From the NCBI GenBank assembly GCA_963748015.1, contig CAVVHE010000008.1:640001-704000 (forward strand): a DNA stretch of 64,000 nt. The letters are read 5' to 3'. This DNA comes from Terriglobia bacterium. Lineage in GTDB: Bacteria > Acidobacteriota > Polarisedimenticolia > Polarisedimenticolales > JAIQFR01. Position 1 is the stretch's first letter, and every line of letters starts with the position of its first letter. The notes below the pieces were generated by a model. It was not told where the DNA came from, ran no database searches, and saw nothing but the letters and a program-made list of their open reading frames with translations. Shown here piece after piece: positions 19,629 to 29,597 of this stretch. Position numbers and translations under genes: made by a program.

Positions 19629-20551
19629 GCGCGGCACACGTCACCGAGGTCGCGATCAAGGTGGACGTGGACACGCACGACGGCGCGCGGGTGGGGATCC
19701 CGCGGCTCGCCGGGATCTTCCGCGAGGCGGGGATCGCGGCGTCGTTCTTCGTCTCGATGGGACCGGACCGCTCGGGGCGCGCGATCCTGCGCGTCCTCAC
19801 CCGGAAGGGATTCCTGAGGAAGATGCTCCGCACGCGCGCGGCGAGCACCTACGGATGGAGGACGGTCCTCTCCGGAACGCTGCTCCCGTCGCGCCCGATC
19901 GGCTCGGCGTTCCCGGAGCTGCTGCGCTCCCTCGCGGCCGAGGGGCACGAGGTCGGGCCGCACGGCTGGGACCACGTGCGCTGGCACGACCGGCTCCACC
20001 GCATGGACGAGCGGGAGGCGCGCGAGGAGTTCGAGAAGGGCCTCCGCGCCGTCGAGGCCGTGCTGGGCCGGCTGCCCGAAGGCTCCGCTGCGCCGGGCTG
20101 GCAGTGCACCCCGGCGAGCCTGGCGGTCCAGGACGCTCTCAGGCTCTTCTACCACAGCGACACGCGCGGGACGGAGCCGTTCGTCCCCGTCGCGGGGAGG
20201 CGGACGTTCCGGGCGCTCGAAATCCCGACCACGTTGCCCACCCTCGACGAGGTGATGGGGACCGACGCCGCGGCGCGCGAGGGGCTCGTGCCGTTCTTCG
20301 ACCGCCGCCTCCTCGAGGGGCGGCTCAACGTGCTCACCGTGCACACCGAGACCGAGGGGATGGGGCACGCGGCGTTCCTCGAGGAGCTGCTCGGGCGATG
20401 GCGGTCGCGCGGGACGCGCTTCGTGAGGCTCCTCGACGTGGCCGCTCGGCTCGTCGCGCCGGGAGCGGAGCCGCTCCCCCGGGCGGAGGTGGTCTGGGGG
20501 GAGATCGAGGGGCGGGCGGGGCGCGTCGCCATGCAGGGGCCCTCTCGATGA
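19625..20551 (+). CDS. arnD: Ara4FN-phosphoundecaprenol deformylase
   Basis: KVDVDT, SMGPDRSGRA, HGWDHVRWHD, PTTLPTLDE, TVHTETEG. Confidence 0.85.
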   Translation: MSAAHVTEVAIKVDVDTHDGARVGIPRLAGIFREAGIAASFFVSMGPDRSGRAILRVLTRKGFLRKMLRTRAASTYGWRTVLSGTLLPSRPIGSAFPELLRSLAAEGHEVGPHGWDHVRWHDRLHRMDEREAREEFEKGLRAVEAVLGRLPEGSAAPGWQCTPASLAVQDALRLFYHSDTRGTEPFVPVAGRRTFRALEIPTTLPTLDEVMGTDAAAREGLVPFFDRRLLEGRLNVLTVHTETEGMGHAAFLEELLGRWRSRGTRFVRLLDVAARLVAPGAEPLPRAEVVWGEIEGRAGRVAMQGPSR

Positions 20552-22218
20552 CGGGGCGCGAGCGCGCGATCACCGCGACCGTTCTCGGCTCGATCGCGGC
20601 GATCTACCTCGTGCGACTCGGCGGATTCGCGTTCTGGGACCCCGACGAGGGAAGGTACGCGTCCATCGCCGCGAACATGGTCCGCTCGGGGGACTGGGTC
20701 GTCCCGCGCCTCGGAGGCGTTCCGTATCTCGAGAAGCCTCCTCTCCTCTACTGGTGCACCGCGGCGTCGTTCCGGCTGCTGGGGTTCTCGGAGTGGGCGG
20801 CACGTCTCCCCGTCGCGCTGTTCGCGCTCGCGGGGATCGGCGCGATCTACGTCCTCGGCCGCCGCGTCGTGGATCGCGGGACCGGCCTCGCCGCCGCGGC
20901 GATCCTCGCGGCCACGCCTGGCTACTTCGCGATGGGAAGGCTCCTGACCACCGACATGCTTCTGGCCGGCGCCATGACCGTGGCCCTCGCCGCGTTCTTC
21001 CTCGCCTCCGAGTCGCGGAACCCGCGCCTGTACCTCGTCTTCTGGGCGGCGGCGGCCGCCGCCACCCTCGCGAAGGGCCCGGTCGCGCTGGTGCTCACCG
21101 GCTTCGTGGCGGTGGCCTACGCGCTGATCACGCGCAGGTGGGGGACGCTGCGCGAGATGCGGTGGCTCGCGGGGGCGTTGCTGGTCGTCGCCGTCGTGGT
21201 GCCCTGGTTCGTGCTCGTGCAGCTGCGGCACCAACAGTTCCTGGAGTTCTTCGTCATCAGGCAACACCTCGAGCGCTTCCTGTCCTCGCAGGCGGAGCAC
21301 CGCGAGTCCTCCTACCTGTTCTTCGTGCCCGTCTTCCTCGGCGGGTTCTTCCCCTGGTGGGCCTTCCTTCCGGCTGCCGTGGGGCGGGACGGCCGCGGCG
21401 AGGGAGAGCGGCGCCTGTCGCTGTTCCTCTGGCTCTGGGCCGGGTCGATCTTCGCGTTCTTCTCGGTCTCGAGCGGAAAGCTGATGCCGTACATCCTGCC
21501 CGTGTTCCCCCCCGCGGCACTCCTCGCGGGGCGGGCCTTCACGGCGTTCCTCGACGGGATGCGGGGACGCGCCTTCGCGGTGTCGATGCGAGCGGCGATC
21601 GCGATCTCGGCCGCCGCGCTGGCGCTGCTGGCGGCGGCGTTCCGTTTCGCCGCCCCGGCCTATGTCGAGCGCCAGGGGAAGGTCCCGCTCGCCGACGTCT
21701 CCTGGATCGCCGCGGCGCTTTCCGTCGCCCTCGGGGCGGGAGCCGTCTCGTTGCTCTGGCTCCTGTGGAAGGACCGAAGGGTGGGCGCGCTCCTCGCGAT
21801 GTGCGTCGTGAGCTTCGCCGCGTTCTTCCTGGTCCTCGCGGCGGGGGACGCGGTCGGGCCGCACCGGAGCACGAAGCCGATCGCGGAGGCGCTCCTCCCG
21901 CGGCTCCTGCCCGGCGACCGCGTCGCGGAGTTCCGGCTGGTCAAGTCCAGCTTCGAGTACTACCTCGGGCGGCCGCCGATCCAGGTCGGGATGATCGGCG
22001 AGCTGGAGTTCGGCGTCTCGATCGAGCCCGACCCCGCCCGATTCATCCCGGATCCCGCCGGGCTCCGCCCGCTGATGGAGTCGGGCGGCACCGTCTGGTG
22101 CCTCGCCAAGCACGAGGACGTGCCCGAGATCGAGCGGTTGCTCGGGACGAAGGTGAGCCCCGTCGCCTCGAACGCGTACTTCGTCCTGTTCCGTAACCGA
22201 GCGCACGACGGCGCTTGA
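20548..22218 (+). CDS. arnT: Ara4N transferase, GT39/ArnT family
   Basis: DPDEGRYA, YLEKPPLLYW, LAKGPVAL, SGKLMPYILP; many TM helices. Confidence 0.85.
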   Translation: MTGRERAITATVLGSIAAIYLVRLGGFAFWDPDEGRYASIAANMVRSGDWVVPRLGGVPYLEKPPLLYWCTAASFRLLGFSEWAARLPVALFALAGIGAIYVLGRRVVDRGTGLAAAAILAATPGYFAMGRLLTTDMLLAGAMTVALAAFFLASESRNPRLYLVFWAAAAAATLAKGPVALVLTGFVAVAYALITRRWGTLREMRWLAGALLVVAVVVPWFVLVQLRHQQFLEFFVIRQHLERFLSSQAEHRESSYLFFVPVFLGGFFPWWAFLPAAVGRDGRGEGERRLSLFLWLWAGSIFAFFSVSSGKLMPYILPVFPPAALLAGRAFTAFLDGMRGRAFAVSMRAAIAISAAALALLAAAFRFAAPAYVERQGKVPLADVSWIAAALSVALGAGAVSLLWLLWKDRRVGALLAMCVVSFAAFFLVLAAGDAVGPHRSTKPIAEALLPRLLPGDRVAEFRLVKSSFEYYLGRPPIQVGMIGELEFGVSIEPDPARFIPDPAGLRPLMESGGTVWCLAKHEDVPEIERLLGTKVSPVASNAYFVLFRNRAHDGA

Positions 22219-22271
22219 TCCGCACAAGACCGGCTCGTCCTGTCGCGGGGGAGCCCGAGGCTACGGACGCG

Positions 22272-22314
22272 GCCGGGAATGTCCTCGCCGACCCGGAAAA
22301 GGGTCGTCTGCGAC
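22272..22314 (+). repeat. Conserved-core hairpin repeat, copy 2 (right arm lost)
   Basis: GCCGGGAATGTCC-TCGC-C-GACCC-GGAAAA-GGGTC-G-TCTGC-GAC. Confidence 0.8.
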
Positions 22315-22341
22315 TAGTCATGGCTGCCGGTTGTTCGGCAG

Positions 22342-22420
22342 CCGCTCGGACGCGGCGGAATGGGTTCTCGCCGCCCCGAAAAAGGTGCGTCTTCGAACCC
22401 ATTCCGCCGCGTCCGAGCGG
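22342..22420 (+). repeat. Conserved-core hairpin repeat, copy 3
   Basis: 26-bp perfect arms CCGCTCGGACGCGGCGGAATGGGTTC around TCGC-C-GCCCC-GAAAAA-GGTGC-G-TCTTC. Confidence 0.9.
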
Positions 22421-22426
22421 GGTGGA

Positions 22427-22963
22427 TCAGGCGGCGGCGCGGCGCTTCTCGAGCACGGCCTTGAGCGCGCCCCACGTTTCGGGGTCCATCGCCAGAAGCG
22501 AGGCGAGGTAGATCTCGACCTCCTCCGCGGGGAAGGTCTCGAGGAGGCGATCGGCCGCCGCGGAGAGCCGGTCCTCGGGCTGCGGCGCGATGTGGCTCCC
22601 GTCGCGGATCGCGCCGTCCTCGTGGTCGATCCCGAGGTGGTCGAGGAACGCGGCGAGCAGCGGCCGCCGGTGCTCCATGTGGAGCGCCAGGAGGAGCGAC
22701 GAGCCGAGCGAGTCGTCGGGGCGCACGGCGCGCACCAGGTATTCCACCCTCCGATCGAGCGGGAGCTTCCTCACGGCGACCTCGCGGAACCGCAAGGCCG
22801 CCGCGATCGAGATGTCGGCGAGCTTCCGCGCCGTCGGGTCCTCGCGGTCGCTTGAGTAGAGCGACCGAGCGGCGAGCGCCCGGACCTCGGCGGGAAGAAG
22901 GGTCCAGAGGCTCGCCGGATCGAGCCGGTCGAGAGGTAGAGACGCGAGGAACGAGGTCGGCAC
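22427..22963 (-). CDS. Hypothetical protein
   Basis: GAGGAG RBS then GTG; RRPLLAAFLDHLGIDHEDG...EVEIYL; coding-like codon bias. Confidence 0.7.
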   Translation of the reverse strand: MPTSFLASLPLDRLDPASLWTLLPAEVRALAARSLYSSDREDPTARKLADISIAAALRFREVAVRKLPLDRRVEYLVRAVRPDDSLGSSLLLALHMEHRRPLLAAFLDHLGIDHEDGAIRDGSHIAPQPEDRLSAAADRLLETFPAEEVEIYLASLLAMDPETWGALKAVLEKRRAAA

Positions 22964-23283
22964 GAGGACTCCTCGGGCGCGAGGACGACGGCCCGCGCGC
23001 GGCGACGTAGGAGTGTACAACGCGCCCCGGCTCGGGCGTCCCGCGCCGGGACCTCGATTCGGAAGTTTCCGACACGGACCGACGACCTCGCCTGGCTCGC
23101 CACCGTTCTCGAACGATCGTCCGAGGCGAAAGTCCGTCGAGAAAGGGCAGGCGGCTGCCGATGAACTACTCATCGTCTCGTCGGGATAGGCCTCCACATC
23201 CGGACGGAGCGTCCGAGGAGAGCCTCCGGAAAACCTGACGGATTCGAGCGACGCGCCGCCTTCTCCCCCAAGCGCGAACACCG

Positions 23284-23366
23284 CTAACTCTAGGAAATAG
23301 ATATAGTTAATCCACTATTCGCCGGTCGTTTTTTCCCTTTTGGGGCCCGGATTCCACGGTATAGTT
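23284..23366. promoter_or_regulatory. AT-rich promoter/operator region of the hydrogenase operon
   Basis: Imperfect palindrome TAACTCTA-N9-TATAGTTA (23285-23309) and a -10-like TATAGT at 23360 in a GC-rich background. Confidence 0.4.
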
Positions 23367-23390
23367 CGCCATCTTCGTGAGGAGGAAGGA

Positions 23391-24531
23391 ATGGACCACG
23401 ACGCGTTGAACGGCGAGGTCACAGGAGGGGCGCGGCAGGAAATCGACCGCCGCGAGTTCGTGAAGATCACCACCATGGCGCTCGCGTCGGTGGGGATCAC
23501 GTCGAGCCGCCGCCATCCAGATCGTCGAGGCGGCGGCGGGGAAGGGGCTCAAGCCCTCGGTCGTCTGGCTGCATTTCCAGGAATGCACCGGATGCACCGA
23601 GTCGTTGCTGAGGACCTCGCACCCGGCGATCGCCGAGCTGATCCTCGACCTGATCTCCCTGGACTACCACGAGACGCTCTTCGCGGCCGCGGGCTACCAG
23701 GCCGAGGAGGCTCTCAAGAAGACGATGCAGGAGAATGCGGGGAAGTACGTCTGCATCGTCGAGGGAGCGATCCCGACCAAGGACAACGGGATCTACTGCA
23801 AGATCGGCGGCCGCACGGCGCTCGACCTCGTCACCGACGTGGCGGGGAAGGCCGGTGCCGTGATCGCCATCGGGTCCTGCGCGTCCTGGGGAGGGATCCC
23901 GTCCGCCGAGCCGAACCCGACCGGCGCCAAGGGAGCCCCGGAGGTCCTGGCCGGCAAGACGGTCGTCACCATTCCCGGCTGCCCGGCGAATCCGTACAAC
24001 CTCCTCGGCACGGTCCTGCAGTACGCGGTCCTGGGCACGCTCCCCGCGCTCGACGACAAGGGGCGCCCGATGTTCGCGTACGGGCGGACGATCCACGAGG
24101 ACTGCCCGCGCCGCGCGCACTTCGACGCCGGCCGGTTCGCGCAGAAGTTCGGCGACGACGGGCACCGGCAGGGGTACTGCCTGTACAAGACCGGGTGCAA
24201 GGGACCGGCGACCCACGCCAACTGCTCCCGCCTCCACTTCGGCGAGGTGGACAACGCGTGGCCGATCGGGATCGGCCACCCCTGCGTCGGGTGCACGGAG
24301 CAGCAGATCCTCTGGCGGATGCCGATTCACGCCACGGTCGAGATCGAGCGGCCGACGCCCCCGGACACCTACCCGCCGATCCGCGCCCAGCAGGGGCACG
24401 TCAGCGCGGTGGCGACCGGCGTTGCCGGCCTCGTGGGCGGCGCGCTCGTCGGTGCCGGCTGGATGGCGTCGAAGAAGCTCGACTCCGGGGAGGGGGAGGC
24501 CAAGCCGGCGCCTCCGAAGAAGGAGGCCTGA
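23391..24531 (+). pseudogene. hybO: [NiFe]-hydrogenase small subunit with a +1 frameshift in the Tat signal (real or sequencing error)
   Basis: RBS, ATG 23391 and DRREFVK in one frame; VVWLHFQECTGCTES, CLYKTGCKGP, HPCVGC and the C-terminal TM in the next frame from 23506. Confidence 0.85.
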
Positions 24532-24533
24532 GC

Positions 24534-25460
24534 ATGGCGATGGACAGGAGATCCGCGCTGAAGGTGATCGCCGCGGGAGGGGCCGCGGCCGCCGCGAGCG
24601 CGCTTCCGGCGGCGGCGCGGGAGCGGAAGGTGGCGCCTCCCGAAGCGATGGGGATGCTCTACGACACCACGCTCTGCATCGGCTGCAAGACCTGCGTCGT
24701 GGCCTGCAAGCAGGCGAACGACCGGAAGCCCGATCCGGGGCCGTGGGGCGAGGAGAAGCTCTACGACGCTCCTCTCGACCTCAACGAGTACACCAAGAAC
24801 GTCATCAAGCTCTACCACGAGGGGACGCAGCAGTCGTACGTCAAGGCGCAGTGCATGCACTGCGTCGACCCGGCGTGCGCCGCCGCGTGCATGCTCCACT
24901 CCCTCAAGAAGAACGAGACCACGGGCGTCGTCGAGTACGACGTGCGGTGGTGCGTGGGCTGCCGCTACTGCCAGATGGCCTGCCCGTTCAACGTGACCAA
25001 GTACGAGTTCAGCAAGGCAATCCCCAGGATCGTGAAGTGCGAGCTGTGCCGGCACCGGGTGAAGGACGCGGCCACGGCCGCGAGCGGCTTCACGCGCTAC
25101 CCCGCGGGCCAGGGCCCGGCGTGCTGCGAGGTCTGCCCGCGCGGCGCCGTGATCTACGGGAAGCGGGACGAGCTGATGGCCGAGGCGAAGGGCCGGATCG
25201 CGGCGAGCCCCGGCAAGTACTACCAGGACCGCGTTTACGGCGAGAACGATCTCGGCGGGACGCAGGTGCTCTACCTCGCCCACGTTCCGTTCTCGAAGAT
25301 CGGCCTACCCGAGGGCGGCGACCGGGGCGTCCCGCACACCGCCTACACGGTGCAGGAGGGGCTCTACCGGGGCTTCGTCGCGCCCGTGGTCCTCTACGCG
25401 GCCCTCGCCGCGGTCCTCTACCGTAACCGCCGCGCCGGCGAGGGGGAGGAGAAGCGATGA
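24534..25460 (+). CDS. hybA: Hydrogenase-2 Fe-S subunit (4x[4Fe-4S], Tat signal)
   Basis: DRRSALK; CIGCKTC, CMHC, CVGCRYC, KCELC; GGTQVLYL; C-terminal TM. Confidence 0.92.
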   Translation: MAMDRRSALKVIAAGGAAAAASALPAAARERKVAPPEAMGMLYDTTLCIGCKTCVVACKQANDRKPDPGPWGEEKLYDAPLDLNEYTKNVIKLYHEGTQQSYVKAQCMHCVDPACAAACMLHSLKKNETTGVVEYDVRWCVGCRYCQMACPFNVTKYEFSKAIPRIVKCELCRHRVKDAATAASGFTRYPAGQGPACCEVCPRGAVIYGKRDELMAEAKGRIAASPGKYYQDRVYGENDLGGTQVLYLAHVPFSKIGLPEGGDRGVPHTAYTVQEGLYRGFVAPVVLYAALAAVLYRNRRAGEGEEKR

Positions 25461-26641
25461 GCGGCCACTCCGCCGTCCACTCTCCCGTCGGCGGGCGCGT
25501 CATGACCCGCCCGTTCATGGCCCTCCTCGCGATCGCCGCCGTCGGAGCGGTCGTCGCCGCCTTCCGGTTCGCCAACGGGATCGGGGGTGTCTCCGCCCTC
25601 AACGACGGCTACCCGTGGGGTCTGTGGATCTCGATCGACGTGGTCGTCGGGACCGCGCTCGGGTGCGGCGGCTACGCCGTCGGGATCCTGGTCTACATCC
25701 TGAACCGCGGGAAGTACCACCCGCTCGTCCGTCCCGCCATCCTCACGAGCCTGCTCGGCTACGGTCTCGCGGTGATCGCGGTGTCGATCGACCTCGGGCG
25801 GTTCTGGGACCTCTGGAAGGTCCCGGTGTTCTTCTGGCGCTGGTCGCACTCGCCGCAGCTCGAGGTGGCGCTGTGCGTCGCGGCCTACAACCTGGTGCTG
25901 CTGGTCGAGCTCTCGCCGGCGCTCTTCGAGAAGCTGCGCGGGAGCAAGAGCGCCTCGCTCCGATCGCTCGGCGAGACCGGCCTCCGCTTCGTGGACAAGA
26001 GCCTGATCTGGATCATCGGCCTCGGCCTGTTGCTCCCGACCATGCACCAGTCGTCGCTCGGGACGATGATGCTGCTCCCCGCGACGAAGATGCACGCGCT
26101 CTGGTTCACCCCCTGGCTTCCGTTCCTGTTCCTGGTCAACTGCGTCGTGATCGGCTACGCGATCGTCGCGATCGAGGCGACGTTCTCGGCGGTGGCCTTC
26201 CGCAGGCCGCGCGAGACCGACATGCTCGCCTCGCTCTCGAAGGTCGCCGCGTGGGTCGCCCTCTTCTGGGTGGCCTTCCGCGTGGTGGACGTCGCGGTGC
26301 GCGGCGCGCTCGTGCACGTCGCGAGCAAGACGGGCGTCGCGTTCCTCCTGGAGCTCGTCCTGCTCGTGGCCGGCGCCGCGATCCTCCTCTCGGAGGAGAG
26401 GCGGCGACAGGCGGGGTGCCAGGTGCGCGCGTCGATCCTCCTGCTGCTGGGCTCGGCGCTGTTCCGCGTGAACACCTACCTGATCGCGTTCCGGCCCGGA
26501 GGCCAGTGGTCGTATTTCCCGTCGCTGCCCGAGCTGCTGATCACCTTCGGGATCATCGCGGCCGAGGTCGCGATCTACGTCGCGGTCGTCAAGACCTTCC
26601 CGATCCTGAGCGGCGCCGCACCCGCGGCCGCCAAGCGATAG
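25457..26641 (+). CDS. hybB: Hydrogenase-2 membrane subunit (NrfD/PsrC family)
   Basis: NDGYPWGLWI, YHPLVRPA, DLGRFW, LPTMHQSSLG. Confidence 0.92.
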   Translation: MSGHSAVHSPVGGRVMTRPFMALLAIAAVGAVVAAFRFANGIGGVSALNDGYPWGLWISIDVVVGTALGCGGYAVGILVYILNRGKYHPLVRPAILTSLLGYGLAVIAVSIDLGRFWDLWKVPVFFWRWSHSPQLEVALCVAAYNLVLLVELSPALFEKLRGSKSASLRSLGETGLRFVDKSLIWIIGLGLLLPTMHQSSLGTMMLLPATKMHALWFTPWLPFLFLVNCVVIGYAIVAIEATFSAVAFRRPRETDMLASLSKVAAWVALFWVAFRVVDVAVRGALVHVASKTGVAFLLELVLLVAGAAILLSEERRRQAGCQVRASILLLLGSALFRVNTYLIAFRPGGQWSYFPSLPELLITFGIIAAEVAIYVAVVKTFPILSGAAPAAAKR

Positions 26642-26651
26642 AGGTGAGCTC

Positions 26652-28352
26652 ATGAGCAAGACCATCACGATCGACCCGATCACGCGGATCGAGGGGCACC
26701 TGAGGATCGACGTCGAGGTGGACGGCGGCCGGGTGAAGGACGCCTGGGCCTCCGGCCAGATGTGGCGCGGGATCGAGATCATGCTGCTCGGCCGCGATCC
26801 CCGTGACGCCTGGCTGTTCACCCAGCGCTTCTGCGGCGTGTGCACGACGGTGCACGCCATGGCCTCGGTCCGGGCCGTGGAGAACGCGCTCAACCTCGAG
26901 ATCCCGCTGAACGCGCAGTACATCCGCAACCTGATCGTGATCGCCCATGCGCTCCACGATCACATCGTGCACTTCTACCACCTGTCGGCGCTCGACTGGG
27001 TGGACGTCGTGTCCGCGCTCCAGGCCGATCCCGCGAAGGCGTCGGCACTCGCCGAGAGCCTGTCGCCGTGGCCGCACAACAACCGGCTCCAGCTGCAGGC
27101 GGTCAAGGACAAGCTGGCCGGGTTCGTCGCGAACGGGCAGCTCGGGATTTTCCAGAACGGCTACTGGGGCCACCCCGCGATGAAGCTGCCGCCGGAGGTG
27201 AACCTCCTGGCGGTGTCGCACTACCTCCAGGCCCTCGACTACCAGAGGAAGGCCAACCAGGTGGTGGCGGTCCTGGGCAGCAAGACCCCGAACATCCAGA
27301 ACCTCGCCGTCGGGGGAGTCGCCAACGCGATCAACCTGGACAACGAGTCCACCCTCAACATGGCGAAGCTGTTCAAGATCAAGGACCTCCTCGACGAGAT
27401 GACCGCGTTCGTCCAGCAGGTCTACCTGCCGGACGTCTGCGCGATCGGCGCGCTCTACGCCGACTGGCTGCCGTTCGGCGGCGGCGTGAAGAACTACCTG
27501 GCGGTGCCGGACCTGCCTCTCGACACGAAGGGGACGCAGTTCGACCTCGTCGGCGGCACGATCTTCGACGGGGACCTCGCGGGCGCCAAGGCGATCTCGA
27601 GCTTCCAGGACCCGTACTTCAAGGAGAACGTCACCGAGAACGTCTCCCACGCGTGGTACCAGGGAGACGCGACGCTGCACCCGTGGGAAGGGGAGACCGT
27701 CCCGAACTACACCGACTTCAACGCGTCCGGGAAGTACTCGTGGGTCAAGGCGCCGCGGTTCCAGGGAAAGGCGATGCAGGTCGGCCCGCTCGCACAGGTC
27801 CTGGTCGGGTACGCCCTCGGCCACGAGCCGACGAAGCGCTGGGCCAACCAGGCCCTCGAGACCGCCGGCGCCGTCGCCAAGACGAAGCTCGGCCCGCAGG
27901 TCCTGCACTCGACGCTCGGCCGGCACCTCGCCCGCGCGGTCCGCACCGCGGTGATCTGCGAGCTGGCCGACAAGCACTGGCAGCTCCTGGTGAACAACAT
28001 CGCAAAGGGCGACACGGCGATCTTCAACGAACCGGTGTTCCCGAGGGGCGAGCAGCGCGGCTTCGGCTTCCACGAGGCGCCTCGCGGCACGCTGTCGCAC
28101 TGGGTCGTGATCAAGGACGGCAAGATCGCGAACTACCAGGCCGTGGTCCCCACGACCTGGAACGCGAGCCCGCGCGACGACAAGAACCAGAAGGGGCCGT
28201 ACGAGGCCTCGCTGATCGGGAACCCGATCGCCGATCCGGAGAAGCCGCTCGAGGTGCTCCGGACGATCCACTCGTTCGATCCCTGCCTCGCCTGCGCGAT
28301 CCACACGGTAGACGTGGAGGGGAACGAGCTCGGCACGGTCCGGACGCTGTAG
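26652..28352 (+). CDS. hybC: [NiFe]-hydrogenase large subunit (Hyb, group 1c-like)
   Basis: DPITRIEGH, QRFCGVCTTVH, FDPCLACAIH plus a cleavable 15-aa C-terminal extension. Confidence 0.96.
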   Translation: MSKTITIDPITRIEGHLRIDVEVDGGRVKDAWASGQMWRGIEIMLLGRDPRDAWLFTQRFCGVCTTVHAMASVRAVENALNLEIPLNAQYIRNLIVIAHALHDHIVHFYHLSALDWVDVVSALQADPAKASALAESLSPWPHNNRLQLQAVKDKLAGFVANGQLGIFQNGYWGHPAMKLPPEVNLLAVSHYLQALDYQRKANQVVAVLGSKTPNIQNLAVGGVANAINLDNESTLNMAKLFKIKDLLDEMTAFVQQVYLPDVCAIGALYADWLPFGGGVKNYLAVPDLPLDTKGTQFDLVGGTIFDGDLAGAKAISSFQDPYFKENVTENVSHAWYQGDATLHPWEGETVPNYTDFNASGKYSWVKAPRFQGKAMQVGPLAQVLVGYALGHEPTKRWANQALETAGAVAKTKLGPQVLHSTLGRHLARAVRTAVICELADKHWQLLVNNIAKGDTAIFNEPVFPRGEQRGFGFHEAPRGTLSHWVVIKDGKIANYQAVVPTTWNASPRDDKNQKGPYEASLIGNPIADPEKPLEVLRTIHSFDPCLACAIHTVDVEGNELGTVRTL

Positions 28353-28399
28353 GCCGGCCGGGGGGGCGATACTCCCGCGCCCGGAACGACAGGATGGGA

Positions 28400-28458
28400 G
28401 GGCGCCGCGAAACCGGCGCGGGAAGGCCGGGAGGTCCCGCGCGGGGTTCGCGGCGCCC
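28400..28458. other. Long GC-rich hairpin between hybC and hybD
   Basis: GGGCGCCGCGAA...GCGCGGGA pairs with TCCCGCGC...TTCGCGGCGCCC; no U-tract. Confidence 0.55.
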
Positions 28459-28487
28459 GTGTCTTGTGGAGGCGAAACGGAGTCGGC

Positions 28488-29006
28488 ATGAACCGCGTCG
28501 TAGTGGTGGGGATGGGGAACGTCCTGATGGGGGACGACGGGCTCGGCCCGCACGCGGTCCGCCTGCTGGAGGCGCGGTACCTGTTCCCCCCCGAGGTCTC
28601 GGTGCTCGATGTCGGGACCCCCGGTCTCGACCTGGTGCCCTACGTCGCCGATACCGAGGCGTTGGTGGTGGTGGACACGGTCCGCGCGACTGGCGCGCCG
28701 GGCGAGGTGCGTCTCTACCGCCGGGACCAGATCCTGCGGCACCCGCCGCAGCCCCGCGTGAGCCCGCACGACCCCGGCCTCAAGGAGACGCTGCTCTCTC
28801 TGGAGTTCGCGGAGCGCGGACCGAGGGAGGTCCTCCTCGTGGGCGTCATCCCCGAGGGGACGGCGCAGGGCGCGCCCATGAGCGACACGGTGCGGCGCGC
28901 TCTGCCCGCCGTAATGGCCGCGGTGCTCGCGGAGCTCGCGCGCCTCGGCTGTCCGGCCTCGCCGCGGCCGGAACCGCTCGAGCCGGATCTCTGGTGGGAA
29001 AGGTAG
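28488..29006 (+). CDS. hybD: Hydrogenase maturation protease
   Basis: VGMGNVLMGDDGLG, DVGT, SPHD. Confidence 0.92.
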   Translation: MNRVVVVGMGNVLMGDDGLGPHAVRLLEARYLFPPEVSVLDVGTPGLDLVPYVADTEALVVVDTVRATGAPGEVRLYRRDQILRHPPQPRVSPHDPGLKETLLSLEFAERGPREVLLVGVIPEGTAQGAPMSDTVRRALPAVMAAVLAELARLGCPASPRPEPLEPDLWWER

Positions 29007-29082
29007 CCCGGCCGGGGGGCCGAACGCGACCGATCCACCGTCTCTCGACGAAAGCACCGGTTTCGGTGTTGAATAGCGTCTC

Positions 29083-29499
29083 ATGAGCCAACGGAAGGCG
29101 GTCGCCACGAGATCTCGTTGGTCCCGCATCGAGGCAGCGCTCGTCGTCCTCATCGCGGCCCATTCCGCGGCGATCGGCGTCGCGGCGATCGTTGCCACCT
29201 CCTGGGGGCTCCGCTTCGGCGGGTTCGAAGGGGCTACCCCGATGTTCTTCCCAAGGCAGGTCGGGGTCTTCCACCTGGTCGTGGCGTGCGCCTATCTCAT
29301 CGAGTGGTGGCGTTACCGCGGCATCGCGATCCTCGTCACGACGAAGTCGATCGCGGTCGTGTTTCTCGGTACCGTGATCCTCTTCGAGGCCCTTCCGTGG
29401 ATCGTCCCGTTCTCGGCGCTGGGCGACGCGCTCATGGGGGCCGCGGTCCTGATCGTCCACCGCCAGGCCGCCTCGGAGCCGAGGGGCCCGCTCCCTTGA
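29083..29499 (+). CDS. Hypothetical membrane protein (about 4 TM helices)
   Basis: Hydrophobic; FFPRQVGVFH, TTKSIAVVFL, GDALMG. Confidence 0.7.
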   Translation: MSQRKAVATRSRWSRIEAALVVLIAAHSAAIGVAAIVATSWGLRFGGFEGATPMFFPRQVGVFHLVVACAYLIEWWRYRGIAILVTTKSIAVVFLGTVILFEALPWIVPFSALGDALMGAAVLIVHRQAASEPRGPLP

Positions 29500-29597
29500 G
29501 ACGATCGCCCGGGCGTCCGCGCCAGTTGTACCGTCGCCCGGATTGCGGTAGATTCTCCAGCAGGCATGGGGCCCTCGCCCGGAGGCGGAGGTGGGTC

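Noticed and set aside
23560..23900. O2-tolerant hydrogenase signature
   Set aside because: The proximal cluster reads CTGC and GSCASWGG, lacking the two supernumerary cysteines.
23340..25460. 706-aa ORF as a real leader-HybA fusion
   Set aside because: The middle part is the Arg/Gly-rich shadow frame of hybO, and hybA has its own RBS, ATG and Tat signal.
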